DNA of 64,000 nucleotides, from contig NW_026935687.1 in NCBI RefSeq assembly GCF_032062105.1, positions 1 to 64,000 of the forward strand, in the 5' to 3' direction. Made by a program: the position numbers and the translations under genes. Shown piece after piece: positions 1 through 13,431 of the stretch. Positions within the stretch are counted from its first letter, which is position 1; each line of letters starts with the position of its first letter. Below the pieces are notes generated by a model. The model saw nothing but the letters and a program-made list of their open reading frames with translations. It was not told where the DNA came from and made no database searches. This stretch comes from Saccostrea cucullata (lineage: Eukaryota).

Positions 1-541
1 GCTCTGACAGACAGTCAGTTTTCCAAATCTATATGTGACCATTTAGTAACTGAATGGCATAGTTAAGTTTCTGGGAAAATATTTAATGGATAAATCCTTG
101 AATTACTGTAACCCTTGAAAGGCACTATTCCCCTCGGGCAAGCCCTTTGGGAAAAGTTCCCTGACGCGGGTTTGATAAAAGAGCCATCCCACTCACAACC
201 AGTGATTCACTGTATACATCCACCCTCGGAAAATTCTAATGCAATTTTTACCTCCAATTTTGGTCTCCAGCGATAAAACTATTGACTGATGGTGTCACAA
301 TTAGAGCTTTTCAAAAAAAGCTTACCGTCTTTAGCAACAATTTTAAACAGTTAACAGATCTATACTTAACAGGCTGTATAATTCTTTTGAATTTCTTGAT
401 TTTGTATTTCTAAATTAGCTTTTTATGGGCATTAGCCCTACCACGGTTGTCGCTCGGTCATCTCCGTAAACTTTGACTGGCCGAGAGCTTTCGGCAAACC
501 GGCTGATTCCCATTCACTCTTCAAACAAGAAAAGGGAAAAG

Positions 542-902
542 AATAATAACAAATTGTAAAGCCTGCAAGCAATAACTATCAAATATTATTTATAATGAAA
601 TCAAAGAGACCTTTTTATTTATTGCTATAAAAAATATCATGTTTTACAATTACTGCTGATTTTGTTGTTCGTTTTGTCATTTTTTTAAGATTGGAAATCT
701 TGCAAAATTGTTAAGTCGTACGAAAAATAGATCATCAGAGAGTTATCTCCCTTGCCTTGAACAGCATTTCAACCAATGAAATAATTGAAAATTTTCTCAT
801 CATGCAATTTCTACCAATCACAAAAGAGAGGAAGTGCATAGTCCGAAGACTGTAAAAAACTTCAACTATACAATACCGTCTTCCAAGGAAGACGGTGATA
901 AT
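542..902 (-). mobile_element. Non-autonomous Helentron-associated element (HINE-like)
   Basis: Terminal hairpin accgtcttcc-aa-ggaagacggt at ~874-896, internal AGAGTTATCTCCCTT motif (~739-753), and A-rich aataacaa end. Architecture resembles bivalve HINE/DINE-type elements. Confidence 0.55.
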
Positions 903-1027
903 GACTTCAGTACTTCAGTAGCATTGTGACGTCATCAGGATTTCAGATTATTCCTGCAGTATTATCTTACTCCAAAAAAATTCAAACCTGAGAAATTATA
1001 TTATACATCAGTATAATAAAACGCTTA

Positions 1028-1160
1028 TCAACTGTTTGTGAGTGGGATAGTTGTTTTATCAAATCCTTGACATGGACTATTCTCCTTGGGCAAGCCCTCG
1101 GGGTATAGTTCCCTGTCGCGGGTTTGGTGAAAGAGCTATCCCACTCACAAACAGTGGATA
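1028..1160. repeat. Palindromic (foldback) interspersed element; partial second copy at ~110-205
   Basis: actgtttgtgagtgggatag at the left end and ctatcccactcacaaacagt at the right end are reverse complements around a cc(t)tgggcaagccctcggg core. The same core and right arm occur at 125-203. Confidence 0.7.
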
Positions 1161-1371
1161 AGTGTATCCTATATCTTTCATGAAGGAAAATAAAAGCAAC
1201 TTTTATTCACATATATTTTAATATAGATAGATTTTCTTAGAGAAAAAAATAGCTTTGTTACTTCATCTTTCGAAAAACAGAACTTCAGCCTTATAAACAC
1301 AATGACAAACATATTTATTTTAGCTTTCCGAATTGGAAAGTTGAAGTTGTGTTGAAAAAGACGTTACATGT

Positions 1372-1902
1372 GATAGTAATCTAACAACCAAGCTCTATAT
1401 TAAACGTGAGAACTTTTCAATTATCAACTTCACTTACTAATGCAGCAACAAACCTTATTCACCTGCATGCATACGAACTTTATATATCCCATTTGATTTG
1501 ATACGCAGGAGCATGCTTTACGTATGAACAATTTTTGAATCTAGGTAAATTATTGACAAACAAGTTGATGAAACAAGAATATCAACAGTTTAGTTTAAAG
1601 TCATTATTTCGTATGTTCTTTGGTCGATACAAAGACCTTACCAGCAAATACAATTAACCATTGAGTTGAATTCTGACTGATGTTTTAATTCGAATTGTTA
1701 GTCCAGTATTGATACACTGAATTGACGACGGATTTTTCCAGTTCATGAGAAGGATCTCACGGCGGGTGTGACTGGTCGGCAGGGGATGCTCACTCCTCAA
1801 TGGCATCTGATCCCATTGATTTTCGGAGTTCCGTGTTCTCTCTGCTCCTGTTTTATATTGTTTTACGTACTTTTGATGTTAGATACTGTTCGTTATCTCC
1901 AT
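1372..1902 (+). mobile_element. Decayed 3' end of a Naiad-type Penelope-like retroelement (RT thumb plus 3' UTR)
   Basis: Colinear with 40378-40925. Degenerate TKLY.KR...YISHLI.YA.AC..YEQFL..GKLLTNKLMKQEYQQ translation followed by the cacggcgggtgtgac...ggatgctcactcc...ctgatccc motif. Confidence 0.8.
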
Positions 1903-4534
1903 ATGTTCCGTTCAATGAATTGTTCGACATTGGTAAAATACTTGTAAAACTTTTCTGCAAAAATAATAAGAAAATATAAAAAATCTCTTATTTGCATCTA
2001 TGAATTGGGACAACACCAATAAATCATTTCGTGTATATCATTTAGTTTGGATTTTTGTTTCAAATTTGACGTTGATCACATATCTGCGCGTCATTAAAAC
2101 TTAAATGATGTACACGTTTACTTTGGTTATAAAAATATGATGCAAGAATTTATGCTTCTGATCAGATTTCTTTAGATTGCACAAGGAATCAATATTATTT
2201 CACTTGAATCATGTTGCGAAAGAAAAGCAATACTGACAAAATAATTATTGTTATCAGACTTAATTAAAGATACTATTACATACAAAAGCTTTTAATTAGT
2301 AAGTTACATTAGGAAATAAATTTTTCATTTTACTATCATTATACACTGTAATTATGAAATAATAATCTTGTTAAAATACCGAAATTACCATTGTGTTTTC
2401 AGATATTGCTTTAGAAAAGCATTATTACCTTTTGTGTCGATTGAAGCGATTGAAGCAACTCTTTATAATATGACTTCCAAACGAATAACATGAAAACAAG
2501 GACGAGTTTCAATCTATAAACGTTTATTTTATGTACTTGTACAAAGAAAACTTCAACAAAATATGTTTGTACATGTATCAGTAACTTCAAATATCATTAT
2601 AATTTTATTGTCTTTCTATTTTCTTCTTATCATACCTCGTTTGACTATTTTTTTTTAAAATAGTATCCAAAAGGAGAGATCATATTTGTTGAAAAGAGGC
2701 CTTTTTGGCGACACTATTTAACATTAACCTAACAGATGTATATAAGAAAGATAATTTGAACACAACATTTAAACTAGTGCCTAAGAAAACATGTCTACAT
2801 TACAAATAAAGCATTTCTGAAGATCAAAGAAACTTTTAAGATCTGCAATCTTTGTTGGCTGGACAATGGGGCCCTTACACGGTGCAAGATAGCTTGAAGG
2901 AATCATCACTGCTCCCCCAGCTTGAATTGTTAATCTATCCCACACTTATTTCATAATAAAATCCCTTAAATAATTTATGGTTCTATGGTTTGAACAAAGA
3001 AAAAGAATTCGGTCATTCCTAAGTCTTAAAACCTGATACTGTAATTAGATATATGTATTATTATTATTATGCTTGATGCTATATCTAACAGGTCTTGGTA
3101 CATACCCTATGCACCGACCATTTTGTCCATCTATGAAATAAATCCAAAAGAATTGCATAAAAAATGTCGCAATTGGAAATATATTGTGCATTTTCTTAAT
3201 CATCTGATGAACAGTTCAGGAATAAATACATACGTGGTAGAATGTCATTTTTTATGCATACGCGTAATTTACAAATAATCAATTACAAACACATTTTCCT
3301 CCTCATGAAATGCTTCCTGCTATCAATTAGTTCCTGTGTTCCAGTTCACAAACTTTCAACAGTAATGTTCATGGCATCCATATTCAATAAAAAAAATTAA
3401 TATATACATATTTTAGACAAAGAGATTCGCAAATGCAATGAAGTAAAGGAAGTAACTGTGATGCTAAATGTATATTACATGTATCGTTTTGCATAAGTAT
3501 GTTGTCGTCGATGGCAGTATGATACTATTCTCTCTGCTATCATTACCGTTCATTGTCTTACATGTATATGTATATTGTCGTGGCTTCTTTAAAATCTTGT
3601 TCGGTTACCCTTTCCCGAATGAATGAATATAATGGCCTCTTTTAACAATTTTTTTTACATTTCAGGACACATTTTTTTTCTTTTATTCCCTTATCTCGTA
3701 AACAAATATGTCGAAATTTCTAGAAAAAAATATGTTTTCCACCTATAAACCAACAATAATTTAACCCCGAGTCGAGAGAAGGCAAGCAAATATTATTCTA
3801 GAGATGACCTTACTGCTAAAAATATGCACAGGAACATATAGTCGCAGTATTTGATTTGCTTCCCTCACTGAACATATTGTGGTCCTATATGTTCAGTTAA
3901 GTTTTGTTTAAGTATTTATGTCGTAATTTGTAAACTAATGTAGTTTGTAGTTCAAGTAGCCGTGGCTCGTAGAATACAACATTTATTGCATCTTCCCTAT
4001 TTTTTCCAACTATGAACCTTCTCTCATCTATTGCGTTCATAGGACTATAGACGCATCTTCTTTTACATGTATGAGTGCAATTCATTTCTCAAACTCGCAA
4101 CTCATCCAAGGTATTTCATATGAATTTGTTAGGGATGTTAAAAACGAATTAATGGAAATGTCAATACTTTGAGATATATTTTAACCTATCCGCCTTAATT
4201 TCGTTTTGTATTCATTCAAAAACACAATAAAATTCATCTCCAATCTAAATCAAAACAAAAATTATACAAACCCGATATTCTCTTGGGAGAACATCTCTAT
4301 CTCCCAGTTTCAAAAGAAATATTTCTTTATTTATTTAATTTGACAAATAATACCCTTGCATGAATTAAAAACATTAGTTTTCCATAAATATAAATGTGAT
4401 ATTCAATGTAGAATGCATCGCGGATCCAGACAGGGGTCCTAATACGATTTTATAAAAATCGATCTGATCTCATCTAATCAGAATACTTGGAATTGTGAAA
4501 TCAAATGAAATAAAAAATATTATATCTATTGATA

Positions 4535-5000
4535 TACGAGGGGTTATCAAAAGTGGACTGAGGCTATAAAATTATTACTATGTACTTTAGTTTGTGCCTT
4601 CAAAATTTGTTAGGAACATAAAGCAAAAATTAATTGAAAATAGTTAGTTTTGCTTTATACTCGTACATTCATAATTTGCCAATTTATTTAAAAAAATCAA
4701 TATTTATTTTTTAAAAATCGACATTATAAGATCACCTGACGCCTTCGCCGTTAAATTCCATGACGTACGACAGCGCCGTTGTTTTTCAACGTCCGGTTCT
4801 ACTACCTCATACACTTATTTTGATACGGCCTGATTCACTGGACCTGAACAAGGACTTACGCAGCACTGTTAAGGCCTACTATGAGAAATCAACGGAAAAT
4901 AGAAGTGCAAAAACGGGAATTGTTTTTAAAAGTAAATTTATTTTTATTCAGCTGTTCTATTATCACAGAACTTAAATACTTATGGAAATACCGTAGTATA
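4535..5000. mobile_element. Possible mariner-type MITE remnant
   Basis: Begins TACGAGGGG, a mariner-like terminus. No matching right terminus found, so the right boundary is approximate. Confidence 0.25.
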
Positions 5001-6344
5001 ATCTACTCTGTACTGTGTGAAGTTTGGTCCCATCGATGGACAGTCACGTGATGAATGCATGGTACGTGTACTGAACGTAGGTCATTAACAAATTTCAATA
5101 TCGCAATGACATACCCTAATTGAAATAAAAAAAACTCAAGCTATTAATTGTTTCTGCATCCTTTGAACCTTCTGGAAAGTGCTGCTGCTTTGAATAGAAT
5201 TCGCGTTATAATAGTTAAAATTTCAAGTAAATAGGCCCATGTCGAAAGATGCTTGATTTAAAAAAAAATATTTGTACATATAAAGTCACGCTCTCGATTT
5301 AAAGAAAGCAGCAGCACTTTTCAAGTTAAGGAACATATCCTTTATTTATATTCAAAAAATGGTCAAGATTTATTTAGTGTATGCCCTTGCGAAAGGACAA
5401 TTTTATGAGGCACCTCGATGTAAAATATACCTTATCCAAACATCTAAACACGACAGAATTATTTGAATACATTCTCTCGAAAGTAAATGAATAAACGCAC
5501 TAAACAAAGGATAAATATTGGTATTATTAGTCTATTTAAAACCTGTAAATAATATTCTGTTTAATAGTAAAATGCATTATTCATTGTTAAAAAATTTCCA
5601 AATCTGCCTCTTACAGCACATGAAATACGTTAAAATGATGTCATGATTGACAAGTTCATCGAGATCAGTGATTTGTTTATAACCAGCCGTATGGGATTTA
5701 ACTAGTGACTTTTGTTAATGCATTGATAAGTTTTATTAATGTTCATTATGCTCATGCAGTTTGAAGTTGCAAATTATTTTATTCTCCGGTAATATAAGGA
5801 ATGCATAAAAGTAATATTTTTGTGTGACGTCACAGTAAACTTTTCCCGTATAAATTAGGCCCCGCCTCCTTTTTCTAGCCTCAACAGTGCTGCGTAAACA
5901 CGTCCCATGTTTATCAATGTTTAAATGATTTAAAATTATCGTAAACAGCAGCTTACAATAAATACAATATTGCAAATTGATTTACACATTCGGAGTGACC
6001 CTTGTTTGATTGTCCCAGCAAATTTTTCTTCTTAGAGATCAATATCTTCAACACGTGATCGACGTCATTTTTGACGTAATTGTTTTTCACACCTTGACTA
6101 CAAATCGACATTAACTGTACATCCTTCTTTTCTCTGAATCTGTTTTTTATTAAAAATCAAATTAATTCTCTGGGTGCATTTTATATCTCCATATCCAGTT
6201 TACTCATTGCCTAGGTCTATACCAGTTTTAAAGGAGCAACACTTTATAGAATGCTAGAAAAAGAAATCCCTTCCCCATTTTTTACGTAATTTTCAAGGTT
6301 TAATTTATTTGGACACTCCATGTTAAATTCACGATAAAATTTCA

Positions 6345-8940
6345 GAGAACTTATTGAATGAGGTAAAAATTCCAAATTTTATGAAACAATAGTTTCCCAA
6401 AGCATACCTGAAATATCGGAATTTTTGGATGTCAAATCTTCATATTATAAGAATTTTTTCAGTTACACTTAACACTACATGTAAAGATCTACAGGCCAGA
6501 AAAGCTGAAACTTAGGGAGGGGGGGGGGGTATGTAGATTCCAAATTGTGAAAATCATGACCTCCAAAATATGGCTTGGCCACAATAGGGAATCAAAATTT
6601 AACATAGAAATATATACATGTAGGAAAAATCTTTATATGTACTCTTCTGAGTAACAAATGGGTCAGAAAACCTGAAAGTTATATGGAAGCATTCTGGAGC
6701 AGTTAGCATTCAGAATTGTTAAAATCATGACCCAGTGGGGAGAAAGGGCGGGGACACATTAGATAATTCCAGGGAAATCTGGTAAAGAACGGCATCAAGA
6801 AAGTTCATGTGAGCGATATGTCCTATTGCCCATGTTTTCTTTTAGCACGGTACGTATGTTTCTATAATATTATTCGCAAATGTAAATGTCGTTATATTTA
6901 GCGATATAAATATTTATAGACAAAATTAAGAGTCTGGTTACGACCCCCCCCCCACCCCCACCCCACCGACCAACCCCCAAATATCATAGAACTTATTGAA
7001 TGAGGTAAAAATTCCGCAGCTAGGTTAAGGCCGCCCATAAGAAACAAGCCTTAAAATATTCCGAAAAAATCAATATAATGTTAATATTTTTTTTATTAGC
7101 ATTAGTTTTAATTTAATGTGAACTTTACTAATGCATATGTATGTATGGGGTCTCAACCGAGTTCGGCCAAAGCGACTTCATGTACATCAGCTGTTTGTCA
7201 TGTGACATGTTTAAAATTAGAAAAAAGATGTACGGATACAAAGATCGTAAAAGTTCAACGATATACGGATAATTTTTCACTATGAAATTGATTGTGTTTT
7301 ATTTAAGACAAATTTCTTGACCCGAAAAGTGCTGGGAGCAACTTCTCACTGCCCGGGAATTATATAAAATTTAGCCGACTTTTGATAAAGTATGTGCATT
7401 TACACTATACGCATTGAAGAAATGTAAAACTACGGAAAAGATAGAAAGCGCACAACTTGCTCCCAGCACTTTTCAAAGTAGTAGGGACAGTATCTACATG
7501 TGTATAAAATATTATTATTTGTAATCAAGCGGATATCGTTGAACTTTTGAGATTTTGGAGGAGTTGTACATATGATTGAGTGTACGTTTCTATATAAAAG
7601 TGCATGACTTCGGCTTTATAAGAGACCTAATAGTTATTAATTAAATAAGACTGTGAACTATTGATTAATGCATTCAAAAATATGAATCAACTGTAGTCAG
7701 ATCACGCTTATATAGATTTAATTTTCATATTTTCAGTTCCATTAATAGCTTTATCTGCGTCTGAAGTACAGAGAAACTGCGTGTCAAACTAGCCTATGAC
7801 GTCATATCTGTTAGTACAGCGAGATCAAGTTGGCTTTGATTTTGAATTCGATTAGTGTTATACTGACAAGATAAGTTACACATTGATTAATATTTACAAT
7901 AAACATGAGAAATGAAAGTATGTAAGAGTATATGAAAAAGAAAATCATTATTTATTCGCCGATATTCATTTGTACAATTTCACCGTGACGTCATAATTGA
8001 ATTCCCGAGGCTCTGCATACACTGTTCTACCTTTGGGTAGCCCTTAACATAGTTGCGTCCATATTTTATGAAACAATAGTGTCCCAAAGCATACCTGAAA
8101 TATCGGAATTTTTGGATGTCAAATCTTCATATCATAAGATTTTTTCAGTTACACTTAAGTGACAAAAAGTGCAAATTTTGAATTGTTCAAATCATGACAA
8201 CAATAAGGAATTAAACTTTTACTATGCAATATACAGGAATATTATTTTAAGATTTTCTCAAGACCCATTGGGCCAGAAAAGCTAAAACTTGAATGGAAAC
8301 ATTCTTAAAGTAGTTTAAATCCTAATTTGTCAAAATAATGAACCTTTGATGTAGGGCGGGGCCACAATAGACAATCCAAGTTTTGCATAAAATATATATG
8401 AAAATTCTTTTAACATCTACTTGTAAAGATCTACAGGCCAGAAAAGCTGAAACTTAGGGAGGGGGGGGGGGGGTATGTAGATTCCAAATTGTGAAAATCA
8501 TGACCTCCAAAATATGGCTTGGCCACAATAGGGAATCAAAATTTAACATAGAAATATATACATGTAGGAAAAATCTTTATATGTACTCTTCTGAGTAACA
8601 AATGGGTCAGAAAACCTGAAAGTTATATGGAAGCATTCTGGAGCAGTTAGCATTCAGAATTGTTAAAATCATGACCCAGTGGGGAGATAGGGCGGGGACA
8701 CATTAGATAATTCCAGGGAAATCTGGTAAAGAACGGCATCAAGAAAGTTCATGTGAGCGATGTGGCCTATTGCCCATGTTTTCTTTTAGCACGGTACGTA
8801 TGTTTCTATAATATTATTCGCAAATGTAAATGTCGTTATATTTAGCGATATAAATATTTATAGACAAAATTAAGAGTCTGGTTACGACCCCCCCACCAAC
8901 ACCCCCCCCACCAACCCCCTCCCCCAACCCCAACCCCCCG
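6345..8940 (+). repeat. Tandem duplication of a segment containing Cg170-like Helentron satellite units (copy A 6345-6985; copy B 6989-7014 plus 8058-8940)
   Basis: Near-identical blocks, e.g. 6478-6950 vs 8418-8895. Both contain ggccagaaaagctgaaactt...aaatcatga...ggccacaatag units and the HINE 3' end gtgagcgatgtggcctattg. Copy A lacks ~260 bp present in copy B. Confidence 0.85.
7015..8057. mobile_element. Non-autonomous TIR DNA element with a 2-bp TC target duplication; empty site visible at 6371
   Basis: Ends cgcagctaggttaagg / ccttaacatagttgcg are 14/16 inverted and flanked by TC on both sides. The paralogous copy reads aaaaat-tc-caaatt with no insert. Internal inverted repeat aaaagtgctgggagcaa / ttgctcccagcacttttc. 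Confidence 0.75.
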
Positions 8941-9025
8941 CCGAACGCATTTTCCGCACTAATATCAAATAAAACTAACCAAATTAAACATATATTAAAT
9001 TTTTACTAAATAAAATAAACAAAAA

Positions 9026-12000
9026 TCAAGCAGAACAAAAACTAGCTAAAAGGAACACAGCATATAATAGGATGAGGAACGACTTTCTTTCTACACAGGC
9101 GTAGGCTTTTAATCCATTATCACCATTGACGTGTGGAAACCTTGAATGCAGAAAAAAAATCATAATACAGATATGACTTCATCTTCAAAACGAGATGACT
9201 TTCATAAAGTACATGTAGAACAATGGTTTTTTTTCGACAGTCAAATCTATTGAGAATATTATGAAGAATTTGTCAGACAGAGTCAAACTAACATCATTTT
9301 ATCTTAAAGCAACAATTATGTACATGTATATAGTTTTAAAATAAAAAAAAATACCTGTGAAAATGAATGCACTAATAATAAATACCGTTCTTTTGATTTT
9401 TCCAATATTTGAGGTCTTGGTATTCCTGAAAGTAATAATTCAGGCACGTCAGCTTTCTGCCTTGGGTAGCATTCTGGATCTATTAATGCAAAAATATATA
9501 AGAAATACTTTTATGTATACATGTACAGAAAATGATTTTATGTACACGTTATCATAAGAACGTTGTTCATAAAGCGGACTAGGAGGAGTTGTCGAAAATA
9601 TTGTGGACTGATGTATTAAAATTACATAATGCAGTACATTGAAGTCTGTGACGACATGATTTTAATTTATTTATAAGAAACAGAAAACAGAAAGCGTTTC
9701 TAAAATGTTGAACATTTTATATTGTTGATTTCCCATAAGACAATACGTGATAAACTGTTGTTGTCATTCAGTTTAAAGTTGTCCGAGAACGTCATTTTTT
9801 TCTCAACGTCCGCTCCCTCTAACTTGTACATTTATCTTGATTAATTTCTCTGGAGTAAAGTGAGGTCTATGCCGTCTTATGTATACCATATTTCTTTGCC
9901 GGAGTTCAATGTCTAAGCCTATCACACATGATCAAGGTCACTTTTCGACGTGACTTACGTTTTATACAACTACTAAATATAGACTTTGGCATCCCCTATC
10001 TGCCTGAATCTTTTCCAGCATTTAAAAACAATTGTCATCAATGGAAATTATTTCTCTGCAGTCCATTTAATTATATAAACAATCAATATTCTAGGAGCAA
10101 AACTTTATGTATAGAATGTTGGAGAAAAAGGAACTTTTCTCTCTTGTAACGTCATTTCGACGACTTTGTTTTTTGAACATGCAATATATGATTTACAAAA
10201 CCCTTATAAAATTTATGGAATTAAAAAAGAAATTGCAATTTTTTTTTATAGAACAGTTACATTATATCACATGACTGAATAAAACAAATTTTGGTATGAA
10301 AAAAATGAACATATCATGAGAGTTTTTTCTAAGATACACTTAATTATAAAGGAACCGTCGTTATTTGTGATGTTGCGCCACCTGGAAATACCATTACTCA
10401 CGGAACATTAACTATTTAAAAATAAAACTGATCATTTATAATCCAGATTATGCTATGAAACATTTTTTTTTTAATTCATTGATGTACTATTAGGGGTATT
10501 GATTTCTGATATATTTCCTCTTTTTTAACAATGGTCGCTTTCAGTCGATAAGTCTACACTTAACAAAACTTATAGGTGTTCACTTTAATAAATGTATTTA
10601 TTTAGAAAACTACTTTATAGAATGATATGATATTTTCACATTATTACAAAAAATGTGTCTTCTGCTCTTATTTTGTATATTGTTTAATGGACGTTGAGAT
10701 TGAATACTGTCCGTTATCTCCATATCCTTCTCTCAACAAATATAGAACGAAAATTCAATATCACCGATGAAAACCAGTGTTCCGTGACGAAGCTTAAAAA
10801 CAATAAATCTGTACTTTGCAGCACATGTTTTGTGTAATAAGCATCTTTTTGTGATCATTATCAAATTTTGATAAATGGTTTCACTAAAAAACACAAAACA
10901 TTGGCAAAATAACCATTGATGTAGAAGGGAGAGCCGTTGGAATATTTATATCTGGACGATCATCGCACCGCGTTTTACTCATTTTCATTTTAGTGCTTAA
11001 TTGTACTTGATATTACTTTTAAAAATTATCAAACAATATCAAAGCCCATTTAAACACATTTTTCTGTAGGCTGTGCTCATTTTTCGTCACCAATTTATCA
11101 CAATTTGAAAGTTTTTGACAAAATTTAACCACTCCGGAAGTGACTTTAATATTCATCCGGGAAGAAAATTTCGCATTATACCAGGTTAAGGGAGTGTTTA
11201 ATTGTTCTGAAAAAATCCTAGTTGCAATCTTATATCAGCTCAAGCAGTCTGAATTATCCTTAAAGCGGCGCACTTACGTGCTAAACATCCAAGGATATAT
11301 TGACCAAAAGGTACTTGTGTGACGATACACTGTCAAATTCCCGGATCTGAATCCCATTGAACACATTTGGGATTTTAAAAAAATGTCAAAGCCCCCCCTT
11401 TTCCTCACAATTTCAATGGTTTGGAAATATCTAGTATGCAGTACATGTAGGTGTGGCAGCAGATGGGTCAATCTCCTATTCAGGGGTACATGGTATCCAA
11501 CAATAAAGATTGTCTTGAAGTAATTAGAGGGAGCAGTGGGTCTTACTTCATCGAGTTTTTTTGTGCGAATTTTCATTTTGAGGGTACATCATTTCCTTGA
11601 CACTTTGCTTAAAATTCTGACGAAATACTTACATGAAATTTACGCAACAACGAACTTAAATATGCATCATTAACCAAGAATTTTGAGGGTACATCATTTC
11701 CTTGACACTTTGCTTAAAATTCTGACGAAATACTTACATGAAATTTACGCAACAACGAACTTAAATATGCATCATTAACCAAGAATTAAAGAAATTATTT
11801 ATTGTTTGCATTTGTTCTTTAAATCTTCAAAAATCTGAGGTGAACACTTAGAAGTTTGGTTCAGTGTATTCAAATTTGTTTATACTGTCAGTTTATATTT
11901 GGTATTTTGCACTCTTAAATTTTCAGAGGACAAAGTATGGTAAGGATCAAAATATTCTGGCCCATTAGTTAATTAGTTAATTAAAATCAATAAGAATTTA

Positions 12001-13380
12001 CATACAATTGAATTAAAAAACGAAAATTGACAATTCTTATAACCTCTGTGTATCCCAAAACTAGGAATCAATGCTAATTTTGGGTAAGGACGACGACAGT
12101 TTTTTGTTGCTATAAAACTCTTGAATCATTCTAAAAGACAGCCCAAATCAGAGGTCAAAATGGGAACTAGCCTATCTTGTCCTTTCCCTTACATTTCACT
12201 TTCAAACAGTTCTACTTGCGCTTCTTCTAAAAGAATTCTATATTTAAATGGCAACATGTTTTCTAGGGTGCATATACATGTACAAAGAACAACAGTTTTA
12301 TGCCTATGAATTTTGTTATACTACCCACTTGAAAAGTGGGAGGTTTTACTATAATCGGTATGCCCGTCCGTCCATCTAGCTGTCTGTACTTCCGTCTGGC
12401 TGTACGTCCGTCCTTCTATCTGTTCTCTTTGGGGTACCCATCTCTTATCCGCAACTCCTCTTATACTACTGAGTGAAATTTAAGGAAACTTTCACATAAT
12501 CTTTATTACATATTGCCATCGTGCACCTTTTATTTTACTTTTTGATCCGACAGATATTTTGGGATTCCCGGCCACAGCAAATCGAATCATGGACTTTGCC
12601 ATTATAACCATATGGAAGGCGGGGTATCATTTAGTGAGCTCATTGATCACAGTACCGCCGATTTTATTGTAGAAACTTAAGTATCAAATAATAAAATAAA
12701 TTATAAAAAATCATTTCATGTCTACAAAATTTTGAGTTGAGATTTGTTTTAAATATAAAAAACTTGATTATTAAAAGTGGTTCAACAAAGAAGACGGTTT
12801 CTGCATAAAATGGCCCTGTAGATATACCAATTAATTGATCAACACTTGATTTTCCATTTGAAGCATTAAAATAAAATAGAGACTTAGTGCTTTCTTTTTC
12901 TATTAAATTTTTTCTCCTAAAAGTCCAGGTTTTGGAGAACTGACTCTATGAACTTGCAATGTTCTTGATTTTTTAGGTAAACAGGTATAATTGAGTGATT
13001 TCAATGAAGAAAAATAATATGAGCGCACTCTCTGATCTAAACAATAAAACATGCATTTTAATCCTCAGAAACAGTTTTATCATTTACTTGTTGCATATTT
13101 CAGATCTGAGATTGCGATCTATATTAAATATCGAAAAATAGCTTTAAAAATCGACCGTTTTTGTAGACTTTTTCAGAATATGAGGAAATTGGCGCATTTC
13201 GCGACGTCATAATGCATTGAATAGCCAGAAAATTGCGTCATTTTTGATAGATACGCAATCACCAAAGATCTAAGTGATATTCAATGCATTATGAACAAAA
13301 ACTATGCAGTTTCAGTTTTTCAGAAATTCACAGGACCAAATAAGGCAAAAGTGAACCTTGTTCTTTCCATACTGTTCTGT

Positions 13381-13431
<51 letters not shown>

